64,000 nucleotides of DNA from an uncultured Gemmatimonadales bacterium (lineage in GTDB: Bacteria; Gemmatimonadota; Gemmatimonadetes; Longimicrobiales; RSA9). Within the stretch, counting starts at the first letter, position 1. Each line of letters opens with the position of its first letter. Shown here in pieces: positions 9,662 to 18,264 of the stretch. The stretch is from assembly GCA_963816355.1 (NCBI GenBank), contig CAWFKH010000001.1, positions 10,981-74,980 of the forward strand, given 5' to 3'. The position numbers and the translations under genes are program-made. The notes below the pieces were generated by a model. That model was not told the DNA's origin. It did no database searches and was given only the letters and a program-made list of their open reading frames with translations.

Positions 9662-11101
9662 TCAGCGCACGGGGAAGACCGCCCGTCCCACGACGATGCG
9701 CGTCGAGTGCGCGCGCTTCCCGCCCGCCGCGGCCCCGGGTACCGCCTCCGTCCACGCCGCGAACGCGCGTCCCGCGTGGATCGAGACGCCGGTGTAGTCG
9801 CCCAGGAACTCGCCGCCCGGCTGGAACGCGCGCTCGCTCCACGGCCGGCGCCGGAACGTCCGCCCGCCGTCCGCCGACCACGCGAGCATGTAGCGCAGGG
9901 CGTGATCCGGCTCCTGCCTGTAGTAGCCGACGACGACCAGCCCCGTCGCCGCGTCGACCGCCATCCACGCGAAGAACCGGTCCCGCGCGTCGGACGCCGA
10001 GTTGGCGCTGACCGGGATCGGCGCAGACCAGGTGGCGCCGCCGTCGTCGGACGTCGAGAGGAAGACCGCCGTCGCCCCGAGCCGGCCGTCCGCCCACTCG
10101 ACGTACAGCCGACCCGTGCGCGCGTCGACATCCAGCGACGGGTAGCCCTGCGCGCGGTCGATCCCCGGCACGCCGAAGACGATGTCCGGCGTGCGCGCCA
10201 CCAGCACGTCCGGACCGAACGTCGCCCCGCGGTCCCTCGAACGATCGAGCCGGATCCCGGTCGAGTCGCTCCACACGACGTACACCGTGCCGTCCGGCCC
10301 CACCGCCACGTCCGTTCCCTCGTCCGCGCCCACGCTGTCCTTCGGGCTTCCGGCGCGGTCGCTGATCTCGATCGGCGGCGAGAAGCTCTTCCCCCGGTCC
10401 GCCGAACGGCTGAAGAGGATCACCGATTCCGTGCGCCGAAACTCCGTCCACGCCACGTAGATGCGGCCCCGGCGCGCCGGGTCGTCGCTGCGGTCGATCC
10501 CCATCATCGGCTTGTCCTCGAACGGGATCCCCGGCCGCTCCATCCGCTCGATCACCGGCGTCGGATACTCCCACCACGTGAGCCCGCCACTGTCCGATCG
10601 GTTCAGGAAGATGCCGTTGTGGTGCGCGCGCGCCCCCAGCGTGTCGTAGCTCTCCGGCCGGTGGAACGCGATGTAGAGCGCGTACGCCCGCCCGTCCGCG
10701 TCGAACTCGACCGACGGATCGCCGGACAGGTCCCACTCCTCCCCGCCCGGAAGCGGCTGCCGCACCCACGTGTCGCCGTCGTCCACCGACGACGCCACCG
10801 TCGCCGGAACCTGGTAGGCGACCACCACGTTCGCCGGATTGTACGGGTTGATCGCGATCGACGGCTCGTCCTGATAGCCGATCCCCGTCACCGGCGTCGA
10901 CGCGACCACCGGCTCCCCCACCGTGGTCGGAAGCGGCGTCCCGGGGACCACCCCGCCGCAACCCGCCGCGAGCCCGCCCGCCCCGAGCGCGAGCGCCGCG
11001 CGCCACGCGGCGCCGGCGGCCCCGATCGCCGCGCGCGCGCGGCGCCGCCCGCCGGCCCGAGCGTGGGGCACGCCGCGACTCCCCGCTGCCTCTGTGTCCA
11101 C
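9662..11101 (-). CDS. BNR/Asp-box repeat (sialidase-fold) lipoprotein
   Basis: Track ORF 9662..11167. An in-frame GTG at 11101 has AGGAAGAGG upstream and gives an RRRARAAIGAAGAAW...LAAGC signal/lipobox. There are repeated Asp-boxes: SSVDDGDTW, SDSGGLTW, SADRGKSF, SRDRGATF, TSDDGGATW, SADGGRTF. Confidence 0.75.
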   Translation of the reverse strand: MDTEAAGSRGVPHARAGGRRRARAAIGAAGAAWRAALALGAGGLAAGCGGVVPGTPLPTTVGEPVVASTPVTGIGYQDEPSIAINPYNPANVVVAYQVPATVASSVDDGDTWVRQPLPGGEEWDLSGDPSVEFDADGRAYALYIAFHRPESYDTLGARAHHNGIFLNRSDSGGLTWWEYPTPVIERMERPGIPFEDKPMMGIDRSDDPARRGRIYVAWTEFRRTESVILFSRSADRGKSFSPPIEISDRAGSPKDSVGADEGTDVAVGPDGTVYVVWSDSTGIRLDRSRDRGATFGPDVLVARTPDIVFGVPGIDRAQGYPSLDVDARTGRLYVEWADGRLGATAVFLSTSDDGGATWSAPIPVSANSASDARDRFFAWMAVDAATGLVVVGYYRQEPDHALRYMLAWSADGGRTFRRRPWSERAFQPGGEFLGDYTGVSIHAGRAFAAWTEAVPGAAAGGKRAHSTRIVVGRAVFPVR

Positions 11102-11304
11102 GTGCGCCTCTTCCTGAGCTCCCCCTCGCCGCTCCGGGCGGCGGCGACCGCCAAGAGTAAGGGACACGCCGTCACGCCTGCAAACGTCACCCCCCGCGAG
11201 CCCCTCCGCTCCGCCTCCGCCGGCCCTGTTGCGAGCGCGCCCCGCACGCCCGCATCTTGCCAGGCCGCTTCAGCGTCTTCTCACCGTTCGACGGAGGTGC
11301 GCCG

Positions 11305-11823
11305 TTGAGGATCGTCGCGGGGCGCTGGGCCGGCCGCGACCTCGTCTCGCCGCCCGACCGCCGCGTACGCGCCACCGCCGAGGCGGTCCGCGCCGCGATC
11401 TTCGAACGCATCGCGCCGGCGATCGACGGCGCCCGCGTCCTCGACCTCTTCGCCGGCACCGGCGCGCTCGGCCTCGAGGCGCTCTCCCGCGGCGCGCGCG
11501 ACGCCGACTTCGTCGAGACGCGCCCCTCCAGCCTGCACGCGCTGCGCGCCAACATCGCCGCGCTGCGGGTGCGGCGCCGCACCCGCGTCTTCAAGCGCGA
11601 CGCGCTGCCGTTCGCGGCGTCGCTCGATGCCGGCGCCTACGACATCGCCTTCGCCGACCCGCCCTACCGCTCTCGCATGCTCGACCGCCTCGTCGAGACG
11701 TGGCGGCGCCGCGGCTTCGCCACGCTCCTCGTCGCCGAGCACGCCGCCGACCACGTGCTGCCTCCCGGCGGCGAGCAGCGGCGCCACGGCGACACCGCCG
11801 TCACCCTCTACCGCCGCGCCTGA
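11305..11823 (+). CDS. rsmD: 16S rRNA (guanine966-N2)-methyltransferase
   Basis: Same frame as track ORF 11257..11823. TTG at 11305 has ACGGAGG 7 nt upstream and gives LRIVAGRWAGRDL. SAM motif DLFAGTGALGLEALSRGA and catalytic FADPPY. Confidence 0.85.
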   Translation: MRIVAGRWAGRDLVSPPDRRVRATAEAVRAAIFERIAPAIDGARVLDLFAGTGALGLEALSRGARDADFVETRPSSLHALRANIAALRVRRRTRVFKRDALPFAASLDAGAYDIAFADPPYRSRMLDRLVETWRRRGFATLLVAEHAADHVLPPGGEQRRHGDTAVTLYRRA

Positions 11824-11908
11824 TAGCCGGTGGCGCCGCGCCCGCCGTCGCGCCCGCGAGGGACGCCGGCGCCCGAGACCGCGGTCGCGCGCCGGCCCGC
11901 GCCGGCCG

Positions 11909-12994
11909 TTACTGCGCCGCGCCGAACCGCACGCCGGCGAGCCGCCGCTCGATCAGAGCGACGAGCGTGTCCGGCAGCGGTGCGTACTGCAGCGGCGGCG
12001 CGTACTGCTGTCCGTCGTGCACGCCCCAGCGCACGAAATCGACGAGGGCGTGACCCTTCGGCGTGTCCGGCTGATCGCCGCACAGCAGCATCCACGTGAA
12101 GGAGGAGATCGGATACGCCTGGGCCCCGGGCGCGTTCACCACGGAGAGGCGGAAGTCGGTCCCGGCCGAGACGCTGCCGGCCACGCCCGCGGCCGCGGCC
12201 GTCGCGCCCTCCAGTGATGGCTGCACGTAGTTCCCGGCCGCGTTCCGCAGCACCGCGAACGGCAACTGGTTCTGCGTCGCGTACGCCAGTTCGACGTAGC
12301 CGACCGCCCCCGGCACCTGCTTCACCTGGCCTGCGACGCCCTCGTTCCCCTTGCCGCCCAGCCCCACCGGCCACGCCACGTCCTTGCCCTTGCCCGGCCC
12401 CGCCTTCCACGCCGCGCTCGTCGCCGACAGATAGTCCGTGAAGATGAAGGTCGTGCCGCTGCCGTCGCTCCGGTGCACCACCAGGATGTCCCTCGACGGC
12501 AGGCTCACGCCCCGGTTGAGCGCGCGGATCGCGGGCGCGTCCCACTTCGTGACGCGCCCCAGGAAGATCTCCGCCAGCACGTCGCCCGTCAGCTTCAACG
12601 GCTGCGTGACCTCCGGCAGATTGTAGATCACCGCGACGGCGCCGAGCACCGTCGGGATCTGCAGCACGTCCTTGCACTCCGCCTTGCCGAGCTCCTCGTC
12701 CGTCATCGGCGCGTCCGTGCCGCCGAAGTCGACGATCCCGCTCGAGAACTGGCGGATCCCCGCGCCCGACCCGACCGACTGGTAGTTCACCTGAGTGCCG
12801 CGCTCCCGCGCGTACACGGAGGACCATTTCGAGTAGATCGGGTACGCGAAGGAGGACCCGGCGCCGGTCAGCTTCGCCGCCGCGCCCCCCCCGCCGGCGC
12901 TGCCGCCGGCTCCCGCCTGCGCCTCGGGCTGCCGCTCGCCGCCGCCGCACGCCGCGAGCGCCAGCATGGCCGTCACGGTCAACCAACGTCTCAT
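11909..12994 (-). CDS. pstS: Phosphate ABC transporter substrate-binding lipoprotein
   Basis: Track ORF 11909..13087. The internal ATG at 12994 has GGAGAAAGGA upstream and gives MRRWLTVTAMLALAAC-GG. Motifs: GAGSSFAYPIYSKW, YQSVGSGAGI, DFGGTDAPM. Confidence 0.9.
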   Translation of the reverse strand: MRRWLTVTAMLALAACGGGERQPEAQAGAGGSAGGGGAAAKLTGAGSSFAYPIYSKWSSVYARERGTQVNYQSVGSGAGIRQFSSGIVDFGGTDAPMTDEELGKAECKDVLQIPTVLGAVAVIYNLPEVTQPLKLTGDVLAEIFLGRVTKWDAPAIRALNRGVSLPSRDILVVHRSDGSGTTFIFTDYLSATSAAWKAGPGKGKDVAWPVGLGGKGNEGVAGQVKQVPGAVGYVELAYATQNQLPFAVLRNAAGNYVQPSLEGATAAAAGVAGSVSAGTDFRLSVVNAPGAQAYPISSFTWMLLCGDQPDTPKGHALVDFVRWGVHDGQQYAPPLQYAPLPDTLVALIERRLAGVRFGAAQ

Positions 12995-13089
12995 CGTTCG
13001 TCCTTTCTCCCGCTTGCGTTGCCGGCGTCGCCGCCCGCCGATCGCCAGGATCGTTCCGTCGCCGGACGGCGACGGGAACGGCTGCAAGC

Positions 13090-13140
13090 TCGAACGCTTT
13101 CGTCACGGTCCCGCCACCACCGGCGTAACGGCGCCGTCAC
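13090..13140 (-). promoter_or_regulatory. Two pairs of GTGACG-N5-GT(T)ACG/GTTCGA direct repeats (11-bp phase) upstream of pstS; candidate Pho-type boxes
   Basis: Minus-strand reading: GTGACGgcgccGTTACG (13140..13124) and GTGACGaaagcGTTCGA (13106..13090), about 96 nt upstream of the pstS ATG. A related GTTACGcggccGTGATC lies upstream of pstC. Confidence 0.35.
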
Positions 13141-13184
13141 GCGCGCCGAGCGGACGCGGCGGTGCGTCCCGCCGGGGCCGCGGC

Positions 13185-13961
13185 TCAGCCGAAGCGGCCG
13201 GTGATGTACGCCTCCGTGCGCTCGTCGCGCGGCCGCGTGAAGAGCAGGTCGGTCGGCGAGAACTCGATCAGCGCGCCGGAGAGCAGGAAGGCCGTATGGT
13301 CGGAGATGCGCGCCGCCTGCTGCATGCTGTGCGTCACGATGACGATCGTCATCGAGGCGCGGAGCTCGTCCAGGAGTGCCTCGACGCGCTCGGTGCTCAC
13401 CGGGTCGAGGGATGCCGTCGGCTCGTCGAGGAGCAGCACGGCGGGCCGCATCGCGAGAGCCCGCGCGATGCAGAGCCGCTGCTGCTGGCCGCCGGAAAGC
13501 GCGGTCGCGCTCTCGTCGAGACGGTCCCTGACCTCGTCCCACAGCGCCGCCTCGCGCAGCGCGCGCTCGACCGTCTCACCGCGGCGCTCTCCGCCGCGCG
13601 GCAGCACCTTGAGGCCGGCCGCCACGTTGTCCGCGATCGACATCGTGGGGAAGGGCGTCGGCCGCTGGAAGACCATGCCGACGTGCCGCCGCACGCTCAC
13701 CGGGTCGACGTCGGACGCGTAGATGTCGCGCCCGTCGAGCAGCACCTCGCCCTCCGCCCGCGCGCCGGGCACCGTCTCGTGCATCCGGTTGAGGCAGCGC
13801 AGGAACGTGGACTTGCCGCAGCCGGACGGGCCGATGATCGCCGTGACCTGCCGGTCCGCGAGCGGCAGCGTCACCGACCGGATCGCGTGCACCGCGCCGA
13901 AGTACGCGTCGAGCTGGTGCGTACGCATGCGCGCCCGAGCGTCGCCCGCCGCCGTCGCCAC
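13185..13961 (-). CDS. pstB: Phosphate ABC transporter ATP-binding protein
   Basis: Track ORF of 258 aa. Walker [20 protein letters not shown], signature [14 protein letters not shown], Walker B LLLDEP. Confidence 0.95.
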   Translation of the reverse strand: MATAAGDARARMRTHQLDAYFGAVHAIRSVTLPLADRQVTAIIGPSGCGKSTFLRCLNRMHETVPGARAEGEVLLDGRDIYASDVDPVSVRRHVGMVFQRPTPFPTMSIADNVAAGLKVLPRGGERRGETVERALREAALWDEVRDRLDESATALSGGQQQRLCIARALAMRPAVLLLDEPTASLDPVSTERVEALLDELRASMTIVIVTHSMQQAARISDHTAFLLSGALIEFSPTDLLFTRPRDERTEAYITGRFG

Positions 13962-13964
13962 GGC

Positions 13965-14849
13965 TCACTCCCCCGCGCCGTAACGCCGCCGGGTGGCGAA
14001 GCGCGCGGCCATCCCGATCAGCAGGATCACCATGATCAGCACGAGCGCACCCGCCCACGCGAGTGCGTGCCACTCGTCGTAGGCGCTGATCGCGTAGTTG
14101 AAGATCTGGAGCGGGAGCGCGGCGATCGGGCGGTTCAGCGAGACCGACCAGAACTGGTTGCCGAACGCGGTGAAGAGCAGCGGCGCCGTCTCGCCCGCGA
14201 TCCGCGCCATCGCCACCATGACGCCCGTGACAATGCCGCCCGCCGCCGCCGGCAGCACGACCCGCAGCGACGCGCGCCAGCGCGGATACGCCAGCGCCAG
14301 CGCCGCCTCCCGCAGCGAGTTCGGTACGACGCGCACGATCTCCTCCGTCGTGCGCGTCACCGTCGGGACCATCATCGCCGCCAGCGCGACGCCGCCGGCG
14401 AACGCCGAGAAGTGCCCCATCGGCCGCACGATCAGCTCCCACGCGAAGATCCCCATCACCACGGAGGGCAGGCCGTTGAGGACGTCGGCGAGGAAGCGCA
14501 CCGTGGTGGCGAGCCGGCCGCGCTTCCTCTCCGCCAGGTAGACGCCCGCACCCACCCCGATCGGCACCCCCATCGCCGTCGCGAGCCCGATCAGGATGAG
14601 CGTGCCGACGATCGCGTTCGCCATGCCGCCGCCCGCCTCCCCCACCGGCTTCGGCAGCGCCGTGAAGAACGAAGGCGAGAGCGAGCGCGCACCCTTGTCG
14701 ACCAGGTAGAAGAGGATCAGCGCCAGCGGCGCCAGCACGATCGCCGCCAATGCGTACGTCGTCCCGATCATGAACGCGCTGCGGAAGCGCCGCCACGGCG
14801 ACGTCCGCCGCTTCGCCCACGAGCCGCCCGCCGGCGCGTCGGCCCTCAC
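13965..14849 (-). CDS. pstA: Phosphate ABC transporter permease
   Basis: This is the 3' part of track ORF 13965..15992. GTG at 14849 overlaps the pstC stop (GTGA). Typical PstA segments: GGGMANAIVGTL, LAERKRGRLA, EAALALAYPRW, ARIAGETAPLLFTA. Confidence 0.9.
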   Translation of the reverse strand: MRADAPAGGSWAKRRTSPWRRFRSAFMIGTTYALAAIVLAPLALILFYLVDKGARSLSPSFFTALPKPVGEAGGGMANAIVGTLILIGLATAMGVPIGVGAGVYLAERKRGRLATTVRFLADVLNGLPSVVMGIFAWELIVRPMGHFSAFAGGVALAAMMVPTVTRTTEEIVRVVPNSLREAALALAYPRWRASLRVVLPAAAGGIVTGVMVAMARIAGETAPLLFTAFGNQFWSVSLNRPIAALPLQIFNYAISAYDEWHALAWAGALVLIMVILLIGMAARFATRRRYGAGE

Positions 14850-15847
14850 TCCCCCTCCCGCGCGGTCCGCCACACCAGGTAGCGCGCCAGCCCGTTCACC
14901 ACGAGCGTGATCAGCAGCAGCACGAAGCCCACCGCCATCAGCGCCGACAGGTGCAGGTCTCCCGACGCCTCGCTGAACTGGTTCGCGATCAGCGACGCCA
15001 TCGTGTAGCCCGGCGCGAAGAGCGACGCGGCGATCTCGTTCCGGTTGCCGATCACCATCGTCACCGCCATCGTCTCGCCGATCGCCCGCCCCAGCCCCAG
15101 GATCACGCCGCCGATGATCCCCGACTTCGCGTTCGGCAGCACCGCGCCCCGGATCATCTCCCACCGCGTCGCGCCCAGCGCCAGCGCCGCCTCCCGCTGC
15201 GAGCGCGGCACCGCCAGCAGCACCTCCCGCGACACCGCCGAGATATAGGGAAGGATCATCACCGCCAGGATCAGCGCCGCCGCCAGCATGCTCGGGCCGT
15301 ACGCCGCACCCCGGAAGAACGGCGTCGCCCCCAGCCCCAGTCCGTCCCGCAGAAACGGCATCACCACCGTGCGCAGCACCGGGATCAGCACGAAGATCCC
15401 CCACAGCCCGTACACCACGCTCGGAATCGCCGCCAGCAGATCCACCAGGAACGACACCGGCTGCCGCAGCCACCCCGGCGCGAACTCCGACAGGAACACC
15501 GCCGTCCCCACCGCGAGCGGCGTCGCCAGCACCAGCGCCAGCACCGACGACACCACCGTGCCGTAGATCGCCGCCGCCGCCCCGAACCGGCCCGCTCCCG
15601 GGTCCCACTCGCTGCTCACCAGAAAGCTGAGACCGAACTGCCGCAGCGCCGGCCACGCCGCGATCCCCACTACCACGAACACCAGCAGCAGCAGCACCGG
15701 AACGCTCGCCGCGAACACCGTGATCGTCGCATCGTACAGACGGTCGCCCCACCCGCCACGGTCCGGCGGTCCCGCGCCGAAACGCGGCTCCGCCGGCCCC
15801 GCCGCACCCACGTCTTCGCTCGCCTCGACGCTCACGTCCGCCGACAT
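14846..15847 (-). CDS. pstC: Phosphate ABC transporter permease
   Basis: Track ORF 14846..15952. The internal ATG at 15847 is preceded by GGAGAGG. Segments: FGAAAAIYGTVVSS, FLSEFAP, EAALALGATRWE, GRAIGETMAVTMVIGN. Confidence 0.9.
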   Translation of the reverse strand: MSADVSVEASEDVGAAGPAEPRFGAGPPDRGGWGDRLYDATITVFAASVPVLLLLVFVVVGIAAWPALRQFGLSFLVSSEWDPGAGRFGAAAAIYGTVVSSVLALVLATPLAVGTAVFLSEFAPGWLRQPVSFLVDLLAAIPSVVYGLWGIFVLIPVLRTVVMPFLRDGLGLGATPFFRGAAYGPSMLAAALILAVMILPYISAVSREVLLAVPRSQREAALALGATRWEMIRGAVLPNAKSGIIGGVILGLGRAIGETMAVTMVIGNRNEIAASLFAPGYTMASLIANQFSEASGDLHLSALMAVGFVLLLITLVVNGLARYLVWRTAREGE

Positions 15848-15946
15848 CCGCCTCTCCGGCTCGGCTGGCCTCGACTCCCCCTCTCCCCCAGGACCCGCTC
15901 CCCCGCGGCCGCGCCTGTGGTAATCTTCTGCCGCCTGTCCCCTCCC

Positions 15947-15963
15947 GATCACGGCCGCGTAAC
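15947..15963 (-). promoter_or_regulatory. GTTACG-N5-GTGATC direct repeat upstream of pstC; candidate Pho-type box
   Basis: Minus strand GTTACGcggccGTGATC (15963..15947), about 100 nt upstream of the pstC ATG. It has the same hexamer family and the same distance as the boxes upstream of pstS. Confidence 0.3.
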
Positions 15964-16032
15964 GAAAAGGTATCGGCCACGGCGCGTCCCATTCCGCTTG
16001 GCCGCCGCGACGTCAGCCCCTATCGTTCCCAC

Positions 16033-16581
16033 ATGGCATATCTCAACCGGAACTCGCTGCGCGCCGCCGCCTGCGGCGTCGGACTGGTGGCGACGCTGCT
16101 CGCGCCGGCGCCCGCCGCGGCGCAGGCGCCCGCCGCCGCGCCTGCGACCGCGGCCGACTCGGCGGCGGCCGGCCTGCGCGCGCAGGCGGGGACGGGCCGG
16201 CAGGTCCGCATTGATCTGCGCGACGACGGCCGCCGCACCGGCTCCGTCGTGGAGCTGCGGCCGCCGCTGCTGGTGCTGCGGACGGCGGAGGGGGCGAGCC
16301 CGATCCAGCTCGACCGCATCGAGGCGGCGTGGGTGCGGGAGCGTGCGACCGGCCGCGGCGCGAAGATCGGCGCGATCACCGGCGCCGTTGGAGGCGCGGC
16401 GGGCGGCGTGCTCGCGGGGCTGGTCGTGGCGGCGTTGTGCGAGTCCGACTGCCCGTCCAACTCGACGCTGCAGACGGTCGCCTTCACCGCCGGGGGCGCG
16501 CTGCTGGGCAGCGCCGCGGGCGCGCTGCTCGGCGCGACGATCGGCGCGGCGCTGCCGCGCTGGCGCCGGATCTATCCATGA
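16033..16581 (+). CDS. Secreted/membrane hypothetical protein with glycine-zipper-like C-terminus
   Basis: Track ORF of 182 aa. Signal peptide GVGLVATLLAPAPAAAQA. C-terminal segments GAITGAVGGAAGGVLAGLVVAAL and GGALLGSAAGALLGATIGAAL. No family recognised. Confidence 0.55.
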   Translation: MAYLNRNSLRAAACGVGLVATLLAPAPAAAQAPAAAPATAADSAAAGLRAQAGTGRQVRIDLRDDGRRTGSVVELRPPLLVLRTAEGASPIQLDRIEAAWVRERATGRGAKIGAITGAVGGAAGGVLAGLVVAALCESDCPSNSTLQTVAFTAGGALLGSAAGALLGATIGAALPRWRRIYP

Positions 16582-17180
16582 GCGCGCGACGCGCGGCGGC
16601 GTGCTCCGGCGCGGCGATCGCGGCCTTCGTGGCCGTGGCGCTGCCGCCTGCGCTCGCGCCGGCGCCGGCGTGCGCGCAGGCGATCGGCGCGTTCTCGCTC
16701 ACCGGCGGCTATGCGGCGCACGCGCGCGGTAGTGGCGGCGGCGGCGGCGAGCTCGCGGTCGCGTTCACGCCGGTGTTCGGCCCGCTGTCGTTCGGACCGG
16801 AAGTCGGCGTCGCGGGGCTCGGCCGGCAGCCGGTGGCGAGCGAGTGCCCGGTGGTGGATTGTCCGGACCGGCTCGGCGTCGCGCCCGAGGTGGCGTGGCA
16901 CGCGGGCGGCGTGGTGCGCCTCGAGGTGGGGGCGCTGGCGCTGCGGCCGTACGCGGTGGCCGGCGCCGGCCTCTACTCCTGGCGCTCGTCCACGAGCGAC
17001 GTGACGACCTCGCTCGAGCTCGTCGGCTACTCGGCAGGACTGGGCGTCCGTTCGCGGCTGCCGTGGGCCGCCTGGAGCGCGCGCCTCGAGGCGCGCCGCC
17101 ACGACAACCTGAGCCACAGCGGCAGCGCCCGTGAGCTCGCCTTCTACACGGTCTCCGCCGGCCTGTCCCGCGTCTGGTGA
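16578..17180 (+). CDS. Putative outer-membrane beta-barrel protein
   Basis: Same frame as track ORF 16329..17180. ATG at 16578 overlaps the upstream stop (ATGA). Signal peptide AAFVAVALPPALAPAPACAQA, alternating beta-like pattern, and aromatic C-terminus SAGLSRVW. Confidence 0.55.
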   Translation: MSARRAAACSGAAIAAFVAVALPPALAPAPACAQAIGAFSLTGGYAAHARGSGGGGGELAVAFTPVFGPLSFGPEVGVAGLGRQPVASECPVVDCPDRLGVAPEVAWHAGGVVRLEVGALALRPYAVAGAGLYSWRSSTSDVTTSLELVGYSAGLGVRSRLPWAAWSARLEARRHDNLSHSGSARELAFYTVSAGLSRVW

Positions 17181-18018
17181 CGGCCCCGCCCGCCGGCCCC
17201 GGCTCCCGGAACGATCCCTGACGGACCCCACCCGCGTCGAACGATTCCGCGCCGCCCGCCGCGATCCGGCGCTCGCGGTCCTGGAAGGGATCCACCCCCT
17301 CAAGCACGCGCTGCGCTTCGGCGCGCGGGTCGTCGAGGCCGTCTCTCCCGACCCGGAGCGGATCGCCGCACTGGCCCGCGACCTCGCGCCGGACGTCGCG
17401 CCCCGCATCGAGGCGCTGCTGCGCGTCGTTCCCGAGGAGGTCTTCGTCGAGCTCGCCCCCGCGCCGCCGACCTCCGGCGTCCTCGCGCTCGCGCACCGCC
17501 CCCGCCAGGACCTCCGCGCCGCCCTCGCCCACACCGGCTCCGCCCCCGTCGTGCTGCTCGACCGCCCCACCCATCTCGGCAACATCGGCGCGGTCGTCCG
17601 CGTCGCCGCCGCCGCCGGCGCCGCCGCCGTCGTCACCACCGGGCCCAACGACCCGTGGCACCCCGCAGCGCTCCGCGGCGGCGCCGGGCTGCAGTACGCG
17701 CTGCCGGTCGCGCGCCTGGACGCCGCCCGCTTCGCCTCGCCCGGCGAGCTCCCCGTCGCAACCGCCGCGGCGCTGCCCCCGTTCGGACGGACCGTCGTCG
17801 CGCTGGACCCGGACGGCGATCCGCTCGAAGACGTCAGCCTGCCCGCACGCGCGATCCTCGCCTTCGGCTCCGAGCGCCGCGGCCTCGCCGCCTGGATCCT
17901 CGATGCCGCCGACCGCCGCGTCGCGATCCCCATGCGGGCCGGCGTCTCCAGCCTCAACCTCGCCACCGCCGCCGCCGTCGTGCTCTACGCCCGTCGGCGC
18001 GAGCCCCGCGACGGCTGA
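17131..18018 (+). CDS. SpoU/TrmH-family RNA 2'-O-methyltransferase
   Basis: Track ORF of 295 aa. GTG start; there is no other in-frame start before the conserved region, and it overlaps the upstream gene by 50 nt. Motifs: LDRPTHLGNIGAVVRVAAAAG, AFGSERRGL, IPMRAGVSSLNLATAAAVVLY. Confidence 0.8.
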   Translation: MSSPSTRSPPACPASGDGPARRPRLPERSLTDPTRVERFRAARRDPALAVLEGIHPLKHALRFGARVVEAVSPDPERIAALARDLAPDVAPRIEALLRVVPEEVFVELAPAPPTSGVLALAHRPRQDLRAALAHTGSAPVVLLDRPTHLGNIGAVVRVAAAAGAAAVVTTGPNDPWHPAALRGGAGLQYALPVARLDAARFASPGELPVATAAALPPFGRTVVALDPDGDPLEDVSLPARAILAFGSERRGLAAWILDAADRRVAIPMRAGVSSLNLATAAAVVLYARRREPRDG

Positions 18019-18264
18019 AGCCGCCGGGGTACGCGACCGTCCTCCGTCGCGGCCCCCCTTGGGGGGACCACCCGCCCCTGAGCGGGGACGGTCCGCAGAC
18101 CACGCTTGCCGAACCGCGCTGGACCGCCTACCGTAGTGGACCTGCCCAGTCTCCCGGTCCGCGCTCCGGGAGCCGCACCGAGCGCACGAACAGCGCTCCG
18201 CTGCTTGCACTGGTCCGGCCCTCTTCGGCCATCCCAGCGTAACCCGCTACACGGAGTCTCGTCG

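Noticed and set aside
13965-15992. 675-aa ORF spanning pstA and pstC, and similarly 35942..38332 spanning msrA and the M3 peptidase.
   Set aside because: Only the 3' portions (pstA from GTG 14849; msrA from ATG 36517) carry family motifs. The upstream parts are out-of-frame read-through over the neighbouring real genes.
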